DNA of 64,000 bases from Spirochaetia bacterium (GTDB lineage Bacteria; Spirochaetota; Spirochaetia; UBA9216). Below are positions 10,008-18,973 of the stretch, piece by piece. The notes below the pieces were generated by a model. It had not been told where the DNA came from. It ran no database searches and was given only the letters and a program-made list of their open reading frames with translations. Made by a program: the position numbers and the translations under genes. Each line of letters opens with the position of its first letter. Position 1 is the first letter of the stretch. Location of the stretch: positions 1,376,001-1,440,000 of the forward strand of contig OY776510.1 in assembly GCA_963675665.1 (NCBI GenBank), written 5' to 3'.

Positions 10008-10703
10008 ATGACAGACAATATGGCAGGGCTTTCCTCCGGAGCGCTTGCAAGAATGATTGATATAAGCGCAGTGCAGGCTTTTCATGGAAAAAAAGAGATC
10101 GATGAACTGATAGACTATGCTGTAAAATATAATTTTATTTCAGTTCATACGCTGCCGTCCTGGACAGCATACTTAAGTGAAAGGCTGGCTGCTTATCCGG
10201 ATATCCTTGTCGGAGCTCCGGTAGGATTTCCTTCCGGCGGGTCCCGTACTGAAATCAAGCTCAGGGAAGCCGAATATCTTCTTGAAGACGGTGTTCAGGA
10301 AATGGATATGGTTATAAATATCGGGAAGTTACGGTCTGAGGATTTTTCATATGTGAGATCTGAAATCAAAATGGTAAGGAAGCTTACCAGAGGCGTTCCT
10401 CTGAAAATAATCCTTGAGATTCATCACCTGACGGATACCCAGATAAAGAAAGCATGTGAAATATGTATAGAGGAAGAAGCCGATTTTGTTAAAACAGGAA
10501 CGGGATGGGCGCCCACCGGGGCGACAGTTGAAGCTGTCAGAAAGATTAAGGATATAGTGGGAGATGCTATTAAAATCAAAGCCTCCGGCGGTATCAGGGA
10601 CTTGGAATCGCTAATGGAAATGTATGAAATCGGAGTAGAACGTTTCGGAATTAACGTACAAACTTCAATTGAAATTATTAAAAAGGCAGGCGGTGCTCTG
10701 TGA
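10008..10703 (+). CDS. deoC: Deoxyribose-phosphate aldolase-like class I aldolase
   Basis: VGFPSG, EMDMVINIG, KIILE, FVKTGTG (Schiff-base Lys), KASGGIR. N- and C-terminal motifs are atypical. Confidence 0.75.
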   Translation: MTDNMAGLSSGALARMIDISAVQAFHGKKEIDELIDYAVKYNFISVHTLPSWTAYLSERLAAYPDILVGAPVGFPSGGSRTEIKLREAEYLLEDGVQEMDMVINIGKLRSEDFSYVRSEIKMVRKLTRGVPLKIILEIHHLTDTQIKKACEICIEEEADFVKTGTGWAPTGATVEAVRKIKDIVGDAIKIKASGGIRDLESLMEMYEIGVERFGINVQTSIEIIKKAGGAL

Positions 10704-12220
10704 TACTTTCATTTGACCTGGGAACAGGCGGCGCCAAGATCTGTGTTTACACTGAAAACGGTGAACTTCATTCAAAAACATTTAAAGCTTATGAAACGGC
10801 GTATCCTGCGGAGAGGTTTCATGTTCAGAATCCTGAAGACTGGTGGAAGGCTGTAGCGGAAGGTGTTTCGGAGTTGACCGTTAAAAATTCTTCCCTGAAG
10901 GTGAATATACGTTCCATAGCAATCTCGGGGCACAGTATGGCTGTAGTTCCGCTGGATGCGCAGGGAAATCTTGTATTTAATGATGTTCCAATTTGGTCTG
11001 ATACAAGAGCTGCGTCACAGGTAATGGAGTTTTTCAGTAAAACAGATAAAGAGGAATGGTATAAAAATACAGGCAACGGATTTTCACCCGAATGCTATTC
11101 CATCTTTAAAATAATGTGGTACAAGGAAAACCGCCCCGAGGCTTTTTCAAAAATCAGAACAATTCTTGGTTCAAAGGATTATATTAATTTTCTGCTTACG
11201 GGAAATATTGCAACCGATTATTCATATGCATCGGGTACCGGGACTTACAGTCTGAAGAAGAGACAGTATTTAACAGAATATTTCAGTACAGCCGGGGTTG
11301 AGCCGTCCATTGTTCCGAACCCGGGACCGTCCCATGAGTTGATAGGCAGGCTTCTTCCTTCGGTTGCAGAGCAGCTTGGCCTGCACCGGAAAGTGGAGGT
11401 ATATTGCGGCGGCGTGGATAATTCATGCATGGCGTTAGGAGCCCGAAACACCTCTGATGGAAGCGCCTATCTTTCTCTGGGGTCTTCAGCGTGGATAGCA
11501 GTATCTTCTGCCGAACCGGTTATTGACAATAAGATAAAGCCGTTTATTTTTGATCACGTAATACCGGATATGTACACATCTGCAACTTCCATTTTTTCTG
11601 CCGGCAGTTCTTTAAAGTGGTTCAGGCAGAATATTGCGTTCGGCCTGGAATCACTCGCAGAATCAGGAGATATGGATATATATGATCTGATTACGGAAAA
11701 GGCCGCCGAGAGCAGCCCCGGTGCAAACGGTTTGCTCTTTAACCCGACGCTGGCGGGTTCTCCTGAAGCAAGTGAGTATTCAGACATAACAGGGGCTTTT
11801 CTGAATATCCGGCTGGGCAGCCGTTTTGAGGACATGTGCCGTTCGGTTCTTGAAGGAATAACATATGAATTGAATGCAATGTGGATAAGATTGAATGAAT
11901 TATGCAGCCTGTCGAATGAAGTGGTAATAGTCGGTGGCGGCAGCAAAAGCGCATTCTGGCGCCGGATGTTTGCTGATGTTTTCAACTGCGATTTCAAAAG
12001 GATCAGTACCGACCAGGACGCTGCAGCTCTGGGTGCGGCGGCCATAGCCGCAGTAGGTTCCGGTGCATGGAGCAGTTATTCTGAAATTGAAAACGTAATA
12101 CATGATGTTGAATCAATGAGCCCTTCGGACGAAAAAGTCGGGTTATATAAGGATTATTATAAAAAATACAGCGCAACATGGAAAATGCTGTCTGAAATAG
12201 GGAAAGTTGTAAATGACTAA
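10700..12220 (+). CDS. FGGY-family carbohydrate kinase (xylulokinase-like)
   Basis: FDLGTGG, IWSDTR, GGVDN, SLGSS, VGGGSKS; overlaps the deoC stop (GTGA). Confidence 0.9.
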   Translation: MILSFDLGTGGAKICVYTENGELHSKTFKAYETAYPAERFHVQNPEDWWKAVAEGVSELTVKNSSLKVNIRSIAISGHSMAVVPLDAQGNLVFNDVPIWSDTRAASQVMEFFSKTDKEEWYKNTGNGFSPECYSIFKIMWYKENRPEAFSKIRTILGSKDYINFLLTGNIATDYSYASGTGTYSLKKRQYLTEYFSTAGVEPSIVPNPGPSHELIGRLLPSVAEQLGLHRKVEVYCGGVDNSCMALGARNTSDGSAYLSLGSSAWIAVSSAEPVIDNKIKPFIFDHVIPDMYTSATSIFSAGSSLKWFRQNIAFGLESLAESGDMDIYDLITEKAAESSPGANGLLFNPTLAGSPEASEYSDITGAFLNIRLGSRFEDMCRSVLEGITYELNAMWIRLNELCSLSNEVVIVGGGSKSAFWRRMFADVFNCDFKRISTDQDAAALGAAAIAAVGSGAWSSYSEIENVIHDVESMSPSDEKVGLYKDYYKKYSATWKMLSEIGKVVND

Positions 12221-12271
12221 TTTATTCAGAGACCTATTCGGTGTTGTCTGTGAACTGATGGAGGAAACATC

Positions 12272-13513
12272 ATGAGTTATAAAGATACTTTAATGGAACC
12301 TGTTAAAATCGGGAGCCGTGTTTGTAAAAACCGTTTTTTTATACAGGCAATGGAATGCAACGATGAGGATGAGAACGGAAATCCTTCCGAACTGACATAT
12401 AATCGGTATAAAAAGCTGATGGAAGGTCAGGCCGGGCTTGTTTCTCTTGAAGCAATAACAATAACAAGAGAAAGCCGAAGCCGTGATAATCAGCTTACGA
12501 TTATGGAATCAAACAGGGATGCTCTCGGAAAATTTGTCAATGAAGTTAAAAGTGTAAATCCCGATTCTCTGTTTATTTTTCAGCTCACCCATTCCGGTGA
12601 ATTGTCGAGCCCGGAATTCTCACGAAGGGTGACGGTGAATCCGCTGTACGGATACGGAGGCGACCTTCTTGAAGAAGCTGATATTGAGAGATTTATGGAT
12701 CAGTTTGTGCTTGCAGCAAAGATAACACATGATGCCGGGGCAGATGGAATTGATTTGAAACTCTGTCACGGGTACCTCGGCTCTCAGATTCTCAGGCCTT
12801 ATAATGATCGTAAATGGAAATACGGCGGCTCATGGGAGAACCGCAGCAGGTTCGCATTTGAATTGACCGAAAGAATATCAAGAGAAGTGAACGATAAAAA
12901 CTTCCTGATCGGTTCAAAAATCTCTGCCTGGGAAGGTTTTCCCGGCGGATTCGGAACAGACGGACCTGATTCTCCGATTATTGATCTCAGAGAACCGATA
13001 GCCTTACTGAAAGGTCTTGAGGAACGCGGAGCACAGTATTTTATCCAGTCGGCAGGAAGCCCGTCAATTACTATCAGCCTGACGCAGGCGGATAAATATC
13101 ATCCGTATTTTGCTTACCTTCATCAGTATTTCGCCAAAGAGATGAAAGCGCAGCTTAACCCCGGGACAGTTTTGATAGGATCGAATTTCTCGCTTTTCAG
13201 GGACGGAAAGAACGGCTTATGCGCTGTAAGTCCCGAAAAGAGTTCATTGCTGAATTACGGAGCACAATGTGTAGAGCGCGGAGTTGTAGATATGATAGGC
13301 CTTGGGCGCCAGTCACTTGCTGATCCGCTCCTGCCGTTGAAACTTGAGGAAGGTCGCGAGGATGAAATCAAGTATTGTGTCGGCTGCGACAATTGTCTTG
13401 AATTACTAATCCGGCAGAGCAAAGTAGGCTGCAGTACCTTCAACAGGTATTATACGGATATTCTCAGAAAAACCAGGGAAGAGAAAGGAAAGCTTGTAAT
13501 AAAGCATACCTAA
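12272..13513 (+). CDS. NADH:flavin oxidoreductase (Old Yellow Enzyme family) with a C-terminal Cys cluster
   Basis: KNRFF, QLTHSG, CHGYL, YGGSWENRSRF, GRQSLADP, CVGCDNC-x11-C. Confidence 0.85.
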   Translation: MSYKDTLMEPVKIGSRVCKNRFFIQAMECNDEDENGNPSELTYNRYKKLMEGQAGLVSLEAITITRESRSRDNQLTIMESNRDALGKFVNEVKSVNPDSLFIFQLTHSGELSSPEFSRRVTVNPLYGYGGDLLEEADIERFMDQFVLAAKITHDAGADGIDLKLCHGYLGSQILRPYNDRKWKYGGSWENRSRFAFELTERISREVNDKNFLIGSKISAWEGFPGGFGTDGPDSPIIDLREPIALLKGLEERGAQYFIQSAGSPSITISLTQADKYHPYFAYLHQYFAKEMKAQLNPGTVLIGSNFSLFRDGKNGLCAVSPEKSSLLNYGAQCVERGVVDMIGLGRQSLADPLLPLKLEEGREDEIKYCVGCDNCLELLIRQSKVGCSTFNRYYTDILRKTREEKGKLVIKHT

Positions 13514-13734
13514 CGAATGTGTCGGGAGACCGACACATTCGTTTTGGAGTTTTTCACTTTATGAAAAACTCCACAGACCAAAATGAAAAATAGGGCTTTT
13601 TGGTCTTGGAGTTTCAGCGCTTTGCGCTGAAACGTCCACAGATAGTCACCTTTTATATAAACATAGGGTGGAACGCCGATTGGGTAATGCCTGTCGGTAG
13701 AAAATAAAGAAACCAAATTATATGGAGGAAAAAA

Positions 13735-14691
13735 ATGAAAAGAACTGTAGTGCTAATTCTTACAGTGCTGATGCTTGCATCAGGAATGGTGTTTGCAGGT
13801 GGACAGCAGGAAGCAGCGGCAGGCAGCGATGTATTTCGCGTAGCCGTATCGTTTCCGCCGGCAAACAACGCATGGCAGGCAAAGATGCTTGATTCAGCAT
13901 TGGACGAAGCAGCAAAAGACGTAGGCGAATTTCATTTCGTAATCAAGAACGCAGTAGATGATGCCGACCAGCTGAACATTCTGACTACATTCATGCAGGA
14001 TGATTATGACATGATAATCTGTCTGCCCGGAAACGGCACCCTGATGACCCCGATCTGTGAAGAGATCTATGACGCCGGAATACAGCTGATGATAGTAGAC
14101 CGCCCGATTGAAAGCGACAAGTATACAGTACTTATCGGCGGCGACAACTACCTCTGCGGCTCAAATGCGGCGAAATATCTCGGCGACAGGCTTGGAGGCA
14201 AGGGCGACATAGCGATACTGAGAAGTTATGTGGGAATACCTATCGACCTCGACAGATACAACGGTTTCATGGACGTAATCAAGAAAGACTATCCCGGAAT
14301 CAAGGTAATAGTAGAAGCTGACGGCGAGTTCAACCAGGATGCGGGCCTGAATGCGATGAGCAACATACTTCCTGCATACCCGAAAATTGATGCAGTATAC
14401 TGCCAGGACGACGAATCTGCAGTAGGAGCAATCACAGCTATAGAGAATGCCGGCAGAACTGATATCCAGTTTGTAACGGGATTCGGCGGTTCAAAGGCTG
14501 CATACAAGCTTCTTCAGGAAGGCAATCCGATTTTCGGCGCATCAATGTCATACTGGCCTACAATGGGCGGAAGAGCACTTGCGCTGGCAAAATCAATACT
14601 TCGCGGCGAATCGTATGAAAAGGTCAACTATGATCCTACATATGCCGTAACAAAAGACAATGTAGGAAAATTCCTGCAGCACTCATACTAG
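13735..14691 (+). CDS. Sugar ABC substrate-binding protein (RbsB type), copy 2
   Basis: Protein identical to 6626-7582. Confidence 0.9.
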   Translation: MKRTVVLILTVLMLASGMVFAGGQQEAAAGSDVFRVAVSFPPANNAWQAKMLDSALDEAAKDVGEFHFVIKNAVDDADQLNILTTFMQDDYDMIICLPGNGTLMTPICEEIYDAGIQLMIVDRPIESDKYTVLIGGDNYLCGSNAAKYLGDRLGGKGDIAILRSYVGIPIDLDRYNGFMDVIKKDYPGIKVIVEADGEFNQDAGLNAMSNILPAYPKIDAVYCQDDESAVGAITAIENAGRTDIQFVTGFGGSKAAYKLLQEGNPIFGASMSYWPTMGGRALALAKSILRGESYEKVNYDPTYAVTKDNVGKFLQHSY

Positions 14692-14710
14692 GATCTGTTA
14701 TGAATTTTTA

Positions 14711-14750
14711 AAAATGGTAAATGGCGGTTGCGGCCGTCATTTACCATTTT
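14711..14750 (+). terminator. Terminator or stabilising hairpin
   Basis: AAAATGGTAAATGGCGG...CCGTCATTTACCATTTT inverted repeat. Confidence 0.65.
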
Positions 14751-14795
14751 GGAGAAAGAAAGTATATTATTGGCAGTTAAGTTAAAGGTAGTGTC

Positions 14796-15536
14796 ATGGC
14801 CGGTGAAAACAAACCATTGTATTCAAGAATAGAAGAAGCAGTTAAAGAACAGATAAAGAAAGGTGTTTATAAGCCCGGAGAATTGCTTCCGACAGAAGAA
14901 GAATTTACAAAACAATATAATGCCAGCAGGACTACTGTCCGTGCCGCCCTTTCAAATCTTGAAAAGCAGGGTTATGTCTGGAGAAAGCAGGGGAAGGGCT
15001 CTGTTGTAAAAGAGCTTAAATCCGCCCAGAATTTGAATTATCTCAGTTCATTGACAGAATCGCTTGAAGCCCGCGGAATGCGTGTTACAACGGGAATGCT
15101 GTCTATTGCGGAAGTTGTGCCTCCGCAGAAAGTCAGGGATGAAATAGATATAAACGAGGGCGACAAGGTTTTCTGTCTCCAGCGCACACGAATTGCAGAT
15201 GATATTCCCGTAGCTTATGTAAACAACTATATAATAAAATCAATAGCTCCCGACCTGAATACGAAGAAAGAGCTGCTTGAGGTTCACGGGTTATATAACG
15301 TTCTTGAAACAGAATACGGACTTGAAATAGAAAGCTGTATCGAGACAATAAATACATATATCAGCGGGCCCATGGAAATTGAACTTCTGCAGCTTGACAA
15401 GCAGCAGGCTCTTTTTCTCAGTAAACGGATAACGAAGCTTTCCGACGGCAGAATATTCGAATATGTAACCTCAATGATACGCGGGGACATGCACCAGTAT
15501 ACTGTTTTCCTGAAAGACAGGAGAAGTTTTGAGTAA
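14796..15536 (+). CDS. GntR-family regulator, HutC subfamily (UTRA domain)
   Basis: LPTEEE, SRTTVRAAL, QGKGS; ~245 aa with a UTRA-type C-terminus. Confidence 0.9.
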   Translation: MAGENKPLYSRIEEAVKEQIKKGVYKPGELLPTEEEFTKQYNASRTTVRAALSNLEKQGYVWRKQGKGSVVKELKSAQNLNYLSSLTESLEARGMRVTTGMLSIAEVVPPQKVRDEIDINEGDKVFCLQRTRIADDIPVAYVNNYIIKSIAPDLNTKKELLEVHGLYNVLETEYGLEIESCIETINTYISGPMEIELLQLDKQQALFLSKRITKLSDGRIFEYVTSMIRGDMHQYTVFLKDRRSFE

Positions 15537-15553
15537 AGACAGTTTCCTGTTGT

Positions 15554-16636
15554 TTATAGTTTAACAGGGCCTCCCGACTCGGCAGAACTATAGAGCCCGT
15601 CAACAATCTTCATAAGTATGCATGCCTGTTCCGGCGTATTAAACGGTTTTTCTTCACCCTTGGCGGCCATAATAAAATTGGCAGCGTTTCGTACTCTGCC
15701 CATCGTCGAATCCGGTTCGGTAACAATCTTTCGATTAACAGGCAGTCCGTTTTCATGGGTATATAATTCGCATATATCAATTGATGTATTATCAATACCG
15801 TCTTCCTGAAACTGCCGTTCAACAAGGCCTCCGGCTTTATCTCCCTGAAATGTAACATGGCATTTCTCATTTTTGTTCATTTCCGCCCACGAGCTTCTTA
15901 AAAAAAGAACCTGACCGCTTTTAAACTTAACAAAAGCATGGCTTGCGGTTTCCACATTATTTATACCTTTCTCATTGTCCGGAATTCCCCAGGGCCCTTT
16001 AAAGGTTTTATCTGATGAGAAATCAGAAAATGTAGCGGCAAGTATATATTCAGGTTCCGGAAAATCCATGAAGGAAAGGGCCAGATCCGCCATATGCAGA
16101 AGATCAATTACCGGCCCCCCGCCGGATAGTTCTTTATTTGTAAACCAGCTTCCGAATCCCGGAATCCCCGTCCTTCGTGTCCATTCAGCCTGCGCCGAGT
16201 TTATTCTGCCGACGGTGCCGTCCTTTATATATTTGGACATGGCAATTGAATCGGAACGTGCCCGGTTGTTGAAGTTGAACATAAGAATTTTGTCCGCTTT
16301 TTCCGCCGCGTTTTTCATTTGAACCGTCTCTTTATAGTTCAGGGCGGGAGGTTTCTCGCAGAAAACATGAAGTCCGGCGTTCAGGGCTTTTATGGCATAC
16401 TCTTTATGGTATTTATTCGGGGTTATGATTGTTACGGCATCAAGATCTTTTTCCCTGCTCAGCATTTCGTCGACATCTGTGTAGACTGAAGCAATTCCAT
16501 ATTTTTCAGCAAGGGTTTGTGCTGATGCTTTTGTTCTGGAGGTAACTGCAATAATCTTTGCGCCCGCCTGCAGAAATCCCCTGATATGAAAGTCGGCCAT
16601 GCCGCCGGCACCGATAATTCCTGTTTTAACTGACAT
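15554..16636 (-). CDS. Gfo/Idh/MocA oxidoreductase
   Basis: GIIGAGG, CEKPPA, GIPGFGSWFT, GGPVIDLLH. Start set at MSVKT after SD GGAGG. Confidence 0.88.
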   Translation of the reverse strand: MSVKTGIIGAGGMADFHIRGFLQAGAKIIAVTSRTKASAQTLAEKYGIASVYTDVDEMLSREKDLDAVTIITPNKYHKEYAIKALNAGLHVFCEKPPALNYKETVQMKNAAEKADKILMFNFNNRARSDSIAMSKYIKDGTVGRINSAQAEWTRRTGIPGFGSWFTNKELSGGGPVIDLLHMADLALSFMDFPEPEYILAATFSDFSSDKTFKGPWGIPDNEKGINNVETASHAFVKFKSGQVLFLRSSWAEMNKNEKCHVTFQGDKAGGLVERQFQEDGIDNTSIDICELYTHENGLPVNRKIVTEPDSTMGRVRNAANFIMAAKGEEKPFNTPEQACILMKIVDGLYSSAESGGPVKL

Positions 16637-16717
16637 CGAATCCTCCGGTTGATAAATTAAGATAACTATAAGATGAAAACGGGAAGATTGCAAATAATAA
16701 AAAACGATAATAAACGA

Positions 16718-16757
16718 TAGCAAACGCTTGCTAAATGAGAACAAACAGTTGTATAAT
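16718..16757 (+). promoter_or_regulatory. LacI-type operator overlapping the kinase promoter
   Basis: Near-perfect palindrome TAGCAAACGCTTGCTA 16718-16733 overlaps -35 TTGCTA; TATAAT at 16752-16757. Confidence 0.6.
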
Positions 16758-16805
16758 ACCTTATCCGGCTTTGTAAAAGCATTATTTTTTATTCAGGAGT
16801 TTGAT

Positions 16806-18335
16806 ATGGCGGTTAAGCTGATAGGAATTGATATAGGAACACAGGGGACAAAGGCTGCTCTTTTCAGTGAAGAAGGCGTAACTTTGGGCGAGGCTTTTCA
16901 GAAATCAAACCTTTTTCAGCCGGAACCCGGCGTGGTGGAGGAAGATCCCGAAGAACAGCTTGATGCCGTATGCAATACAATCAGAGAGCTGGTCAATAAA
17001 ACTTCAACCGATCCTTCCGAAATCGCCTGTATTGCAATAGACGGGCAGATGGCCGGGGTAATCGGCGTAGGTGAGGACGGCCTGAATGTAACTCCCTACG
17101 ATTCCTGGCTTGATACCCGTTGCGCCCCCTATATCAAGCAGCTGAAAGCTGAAGCCGCAGAAGATATACTTAATAAAACCGGCTGTGCTCCCAGCTTTAA
17201 CCACGGTCCGAAAAAGATCTGGTGGAAAAAAGAACGCCCCGAAATTTATAAAAAAATTAAAGCCTTTGTTCAGCCGGGAGGCTACGCAGCCATGCGGTTA
17301 TGCGGGCTTAGCGGAGATAAAGCTTTTATAGATGTTACCTATCTGCATTTCTCGGGTTTTGCGGATAACCGGAATTCAAAATGGGATGAAGATTTATGCA
17401 GACGTTTCGGGGTAGACATCGCAAAGCTTCCGAGAATTCTTCGTCCTGAAGAAATAGTAGGCAAGCTTGTCCCCGAAATGGCAACACGCACCGGACTTAA
17501 GGCAGGTACTCCGATTGCCGCAGGATGCGGTGATACTGCAGCAAGTTTTCTGTCCTGTGGAGCTGCAACCGAGGGTGTTTGTGTAGATGTTGCCGGAACT
17601 GCAAGCGTATATGCTTCAACAACCGCCGAATTCCAGGCTGACAGGAAACTCGTTCTCGGGTGCGGACAGTCGGCGGTTCCCGGAATGTGGCACCCGTATG
17701 CCTATATAAACGGCGGCGGAATGAACCTTGAATGGTTCAGAAAGGACATTGGAATGATGCTTCATCCTGATCAGGCTGCTGCGCACATCGAACTTGATTT
17801 CGGCAAACTGAATGAACTTGCCTCCGCTGTAGACCCCCGTGTAGACGACCCCCTGTTTGTTCCGCACCTGGCAGGACGGAACTCTCCTGCACAGCCGGAT
17901 CTTCGCGGGGCCTGGGCAGGACTTAACTGGAACCACAATGCCGGACACCTGTTTCGGGCCGTCTGTGAGGGCGTAGCGCTCGAATACCGGATATACCAGG
18001 AGACGACAATAGAGATGTACGACGACTTCACGCCGATGGAAATCCGGATAACCGGCGGCGGCGGCAAGAGTAGAATATGGAACCAGATTAAGGCTGATGT
18101 GCTGCAGATACCGGTTATCCCGGTTGATCGTCAGGAAGGCGCGCCGCTCGGTTCCGCTCTTGTCGCAGGCATGGCCGCCGGTGTTTTCAGCGATATAAAG
18201 ACAGCCGCTGATAAATGGATCAAAAAGGGCTCTTCAACCGAACCGTCCGCAGCTATGGCGGATCATTATAAAAACCGCGCAAAACGCTATGAATCGCTGA
18301 TGGAAGCTCTTAACGGGTGGGCCGAAGCCCTGTAG
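16806..18335 (+). CDS. FGGY-family carbohydrate kinase
   Basis: GIDIGTQG, WLDTR, GCGD, VAGT, TGGGGKS. Start at MAVK after SD AGGAG. Confidence 0.9.
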   Translation: MAVKLIGIDIGTQGTKAALFSEEGVTLGEAFQKSNLFQPEPGVVEEDPEEQLDAVCNTIRELVNKTSTDPSEIACIAIDGQMAGVIGVGEDGLNVTPYDSWLDTRCAPYIKQLKAEAAEDILNKTGCAPSFNHGPKKIWWKKERPEIYKKIKAFVQPGGYAAMRLCGLSGDKAFIDVTYLHFSGFADNRNSKWDEDLCRRFGVDIAKLPRILRPEEIVGKLVPEMATRTGLKAGTPIAAGCGDTAASFLSCGAATEGVCVDVAGTASVYASTTAEFQADRKLVLGCGQSAVPGMWHPYAYINGGGMNLEWFRKDIGMMLHPDQAAAHIELDFGKLNELASAVDPRVDDPLFVPHLAGRNSPAQPDLRGAWAGLNWNHNAGHLFRAVCEGVALEYRIYQETTIEMYDDFTPMEIRITGGGGKSRIWNQIKADVLQIPVIPVDRQEGAPLGSALVAGMAAGVFSDIKTAADKWIKKGSSTEPSAAMADHYKNRAKRYESLMEALNGWAEAL

Positions 18336-18644
18336 ACCAGGTTTTTACAAATAATCTGATTTTTTCCTGTTGTATTCTCTTTGTTCCATGAAAATATCAA
18401 CAGGCATTATTATTCTGCACAGTAATATCGTTCCCGACTCTTTATGACCTCAGAGACACTCTTTCCATATGCATCCGGATTCTTTCGAATTTCGCCTGCT
18501 TTAGTAAGTTACCGGATACAGGCAACTGTTATTTTTCTGTTCATTTTTAACATTCTGGTATTGATTGATATGTCTTCAATATAGCTGTAATATGGTTATG
18601 TTAACAGATTTCCCCGTGAAACAAATTGGGAGGGTTTGTCGCAG

Positions 18645-18932
18645 ATGAATAAAAGCGGCACAGGTTTGGAGATTTTCATTTCTTTTGTTGAATTGTTAAA
18701 CGGGAAAAGCAATAATGAGGTTTCAATTCAGAATATTGCGGATTATGCTGGAATTCACAGGGCAACGTGGTCTTTGCTGATCAGATAACTGCTGATATCG
18801 GTAATAAAAATGATATCGGCTTCCCTGACTGCCATGACGGAATATCTTCTGGAAAAGGATCTTTCAGTTGACAGGGCGGTTTCGGTTTATAAAAAGTTCA
18901 TTTTTAACGCAGCCGGACCTTTTCTGGATTAG
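18645..18932 (+). pseudogene. Decayed TetR-family regulator
   Basis: Reads MNKSGTGLEIFISFVELLNGKSNNEVSIQNIADYAGIHRATWSLLIR* (TetR-like HTH). After TAA at 18786-18788 the frame stays open to TAG at 18932. Confidence 0.55.
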
Positions 18933-18973
18933 GATCGGGGGAATTATTGGAGTACTTAATCAACAGCCGTAAT

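Larger units (their letters stand above)
6614..14694 (+). repeat. ~970 bp direct repeat (6614-7585 and 13723-14694): duplicated binding-protein gene
   Basis: Identical 318-aa translations; six synonymous nucleotide differences found by eye. Confidence 0.95.

Noticed and set aside
6387-13640. Hairpin arrays as CRISPR repeats or tRNAs
   Set aside because: There are no identical repeats with regular spacers, no cas genes, and no tRNA T-loop/cloverleaf signatures.
15554-18335. Overlapping extended starts at 16744 (-) and 16728 (+)
   Set aside because: Downstream ATGs at 16636 and 16806 have SD sequences and family-typical N-termini; the overlap region is promoter DNA.
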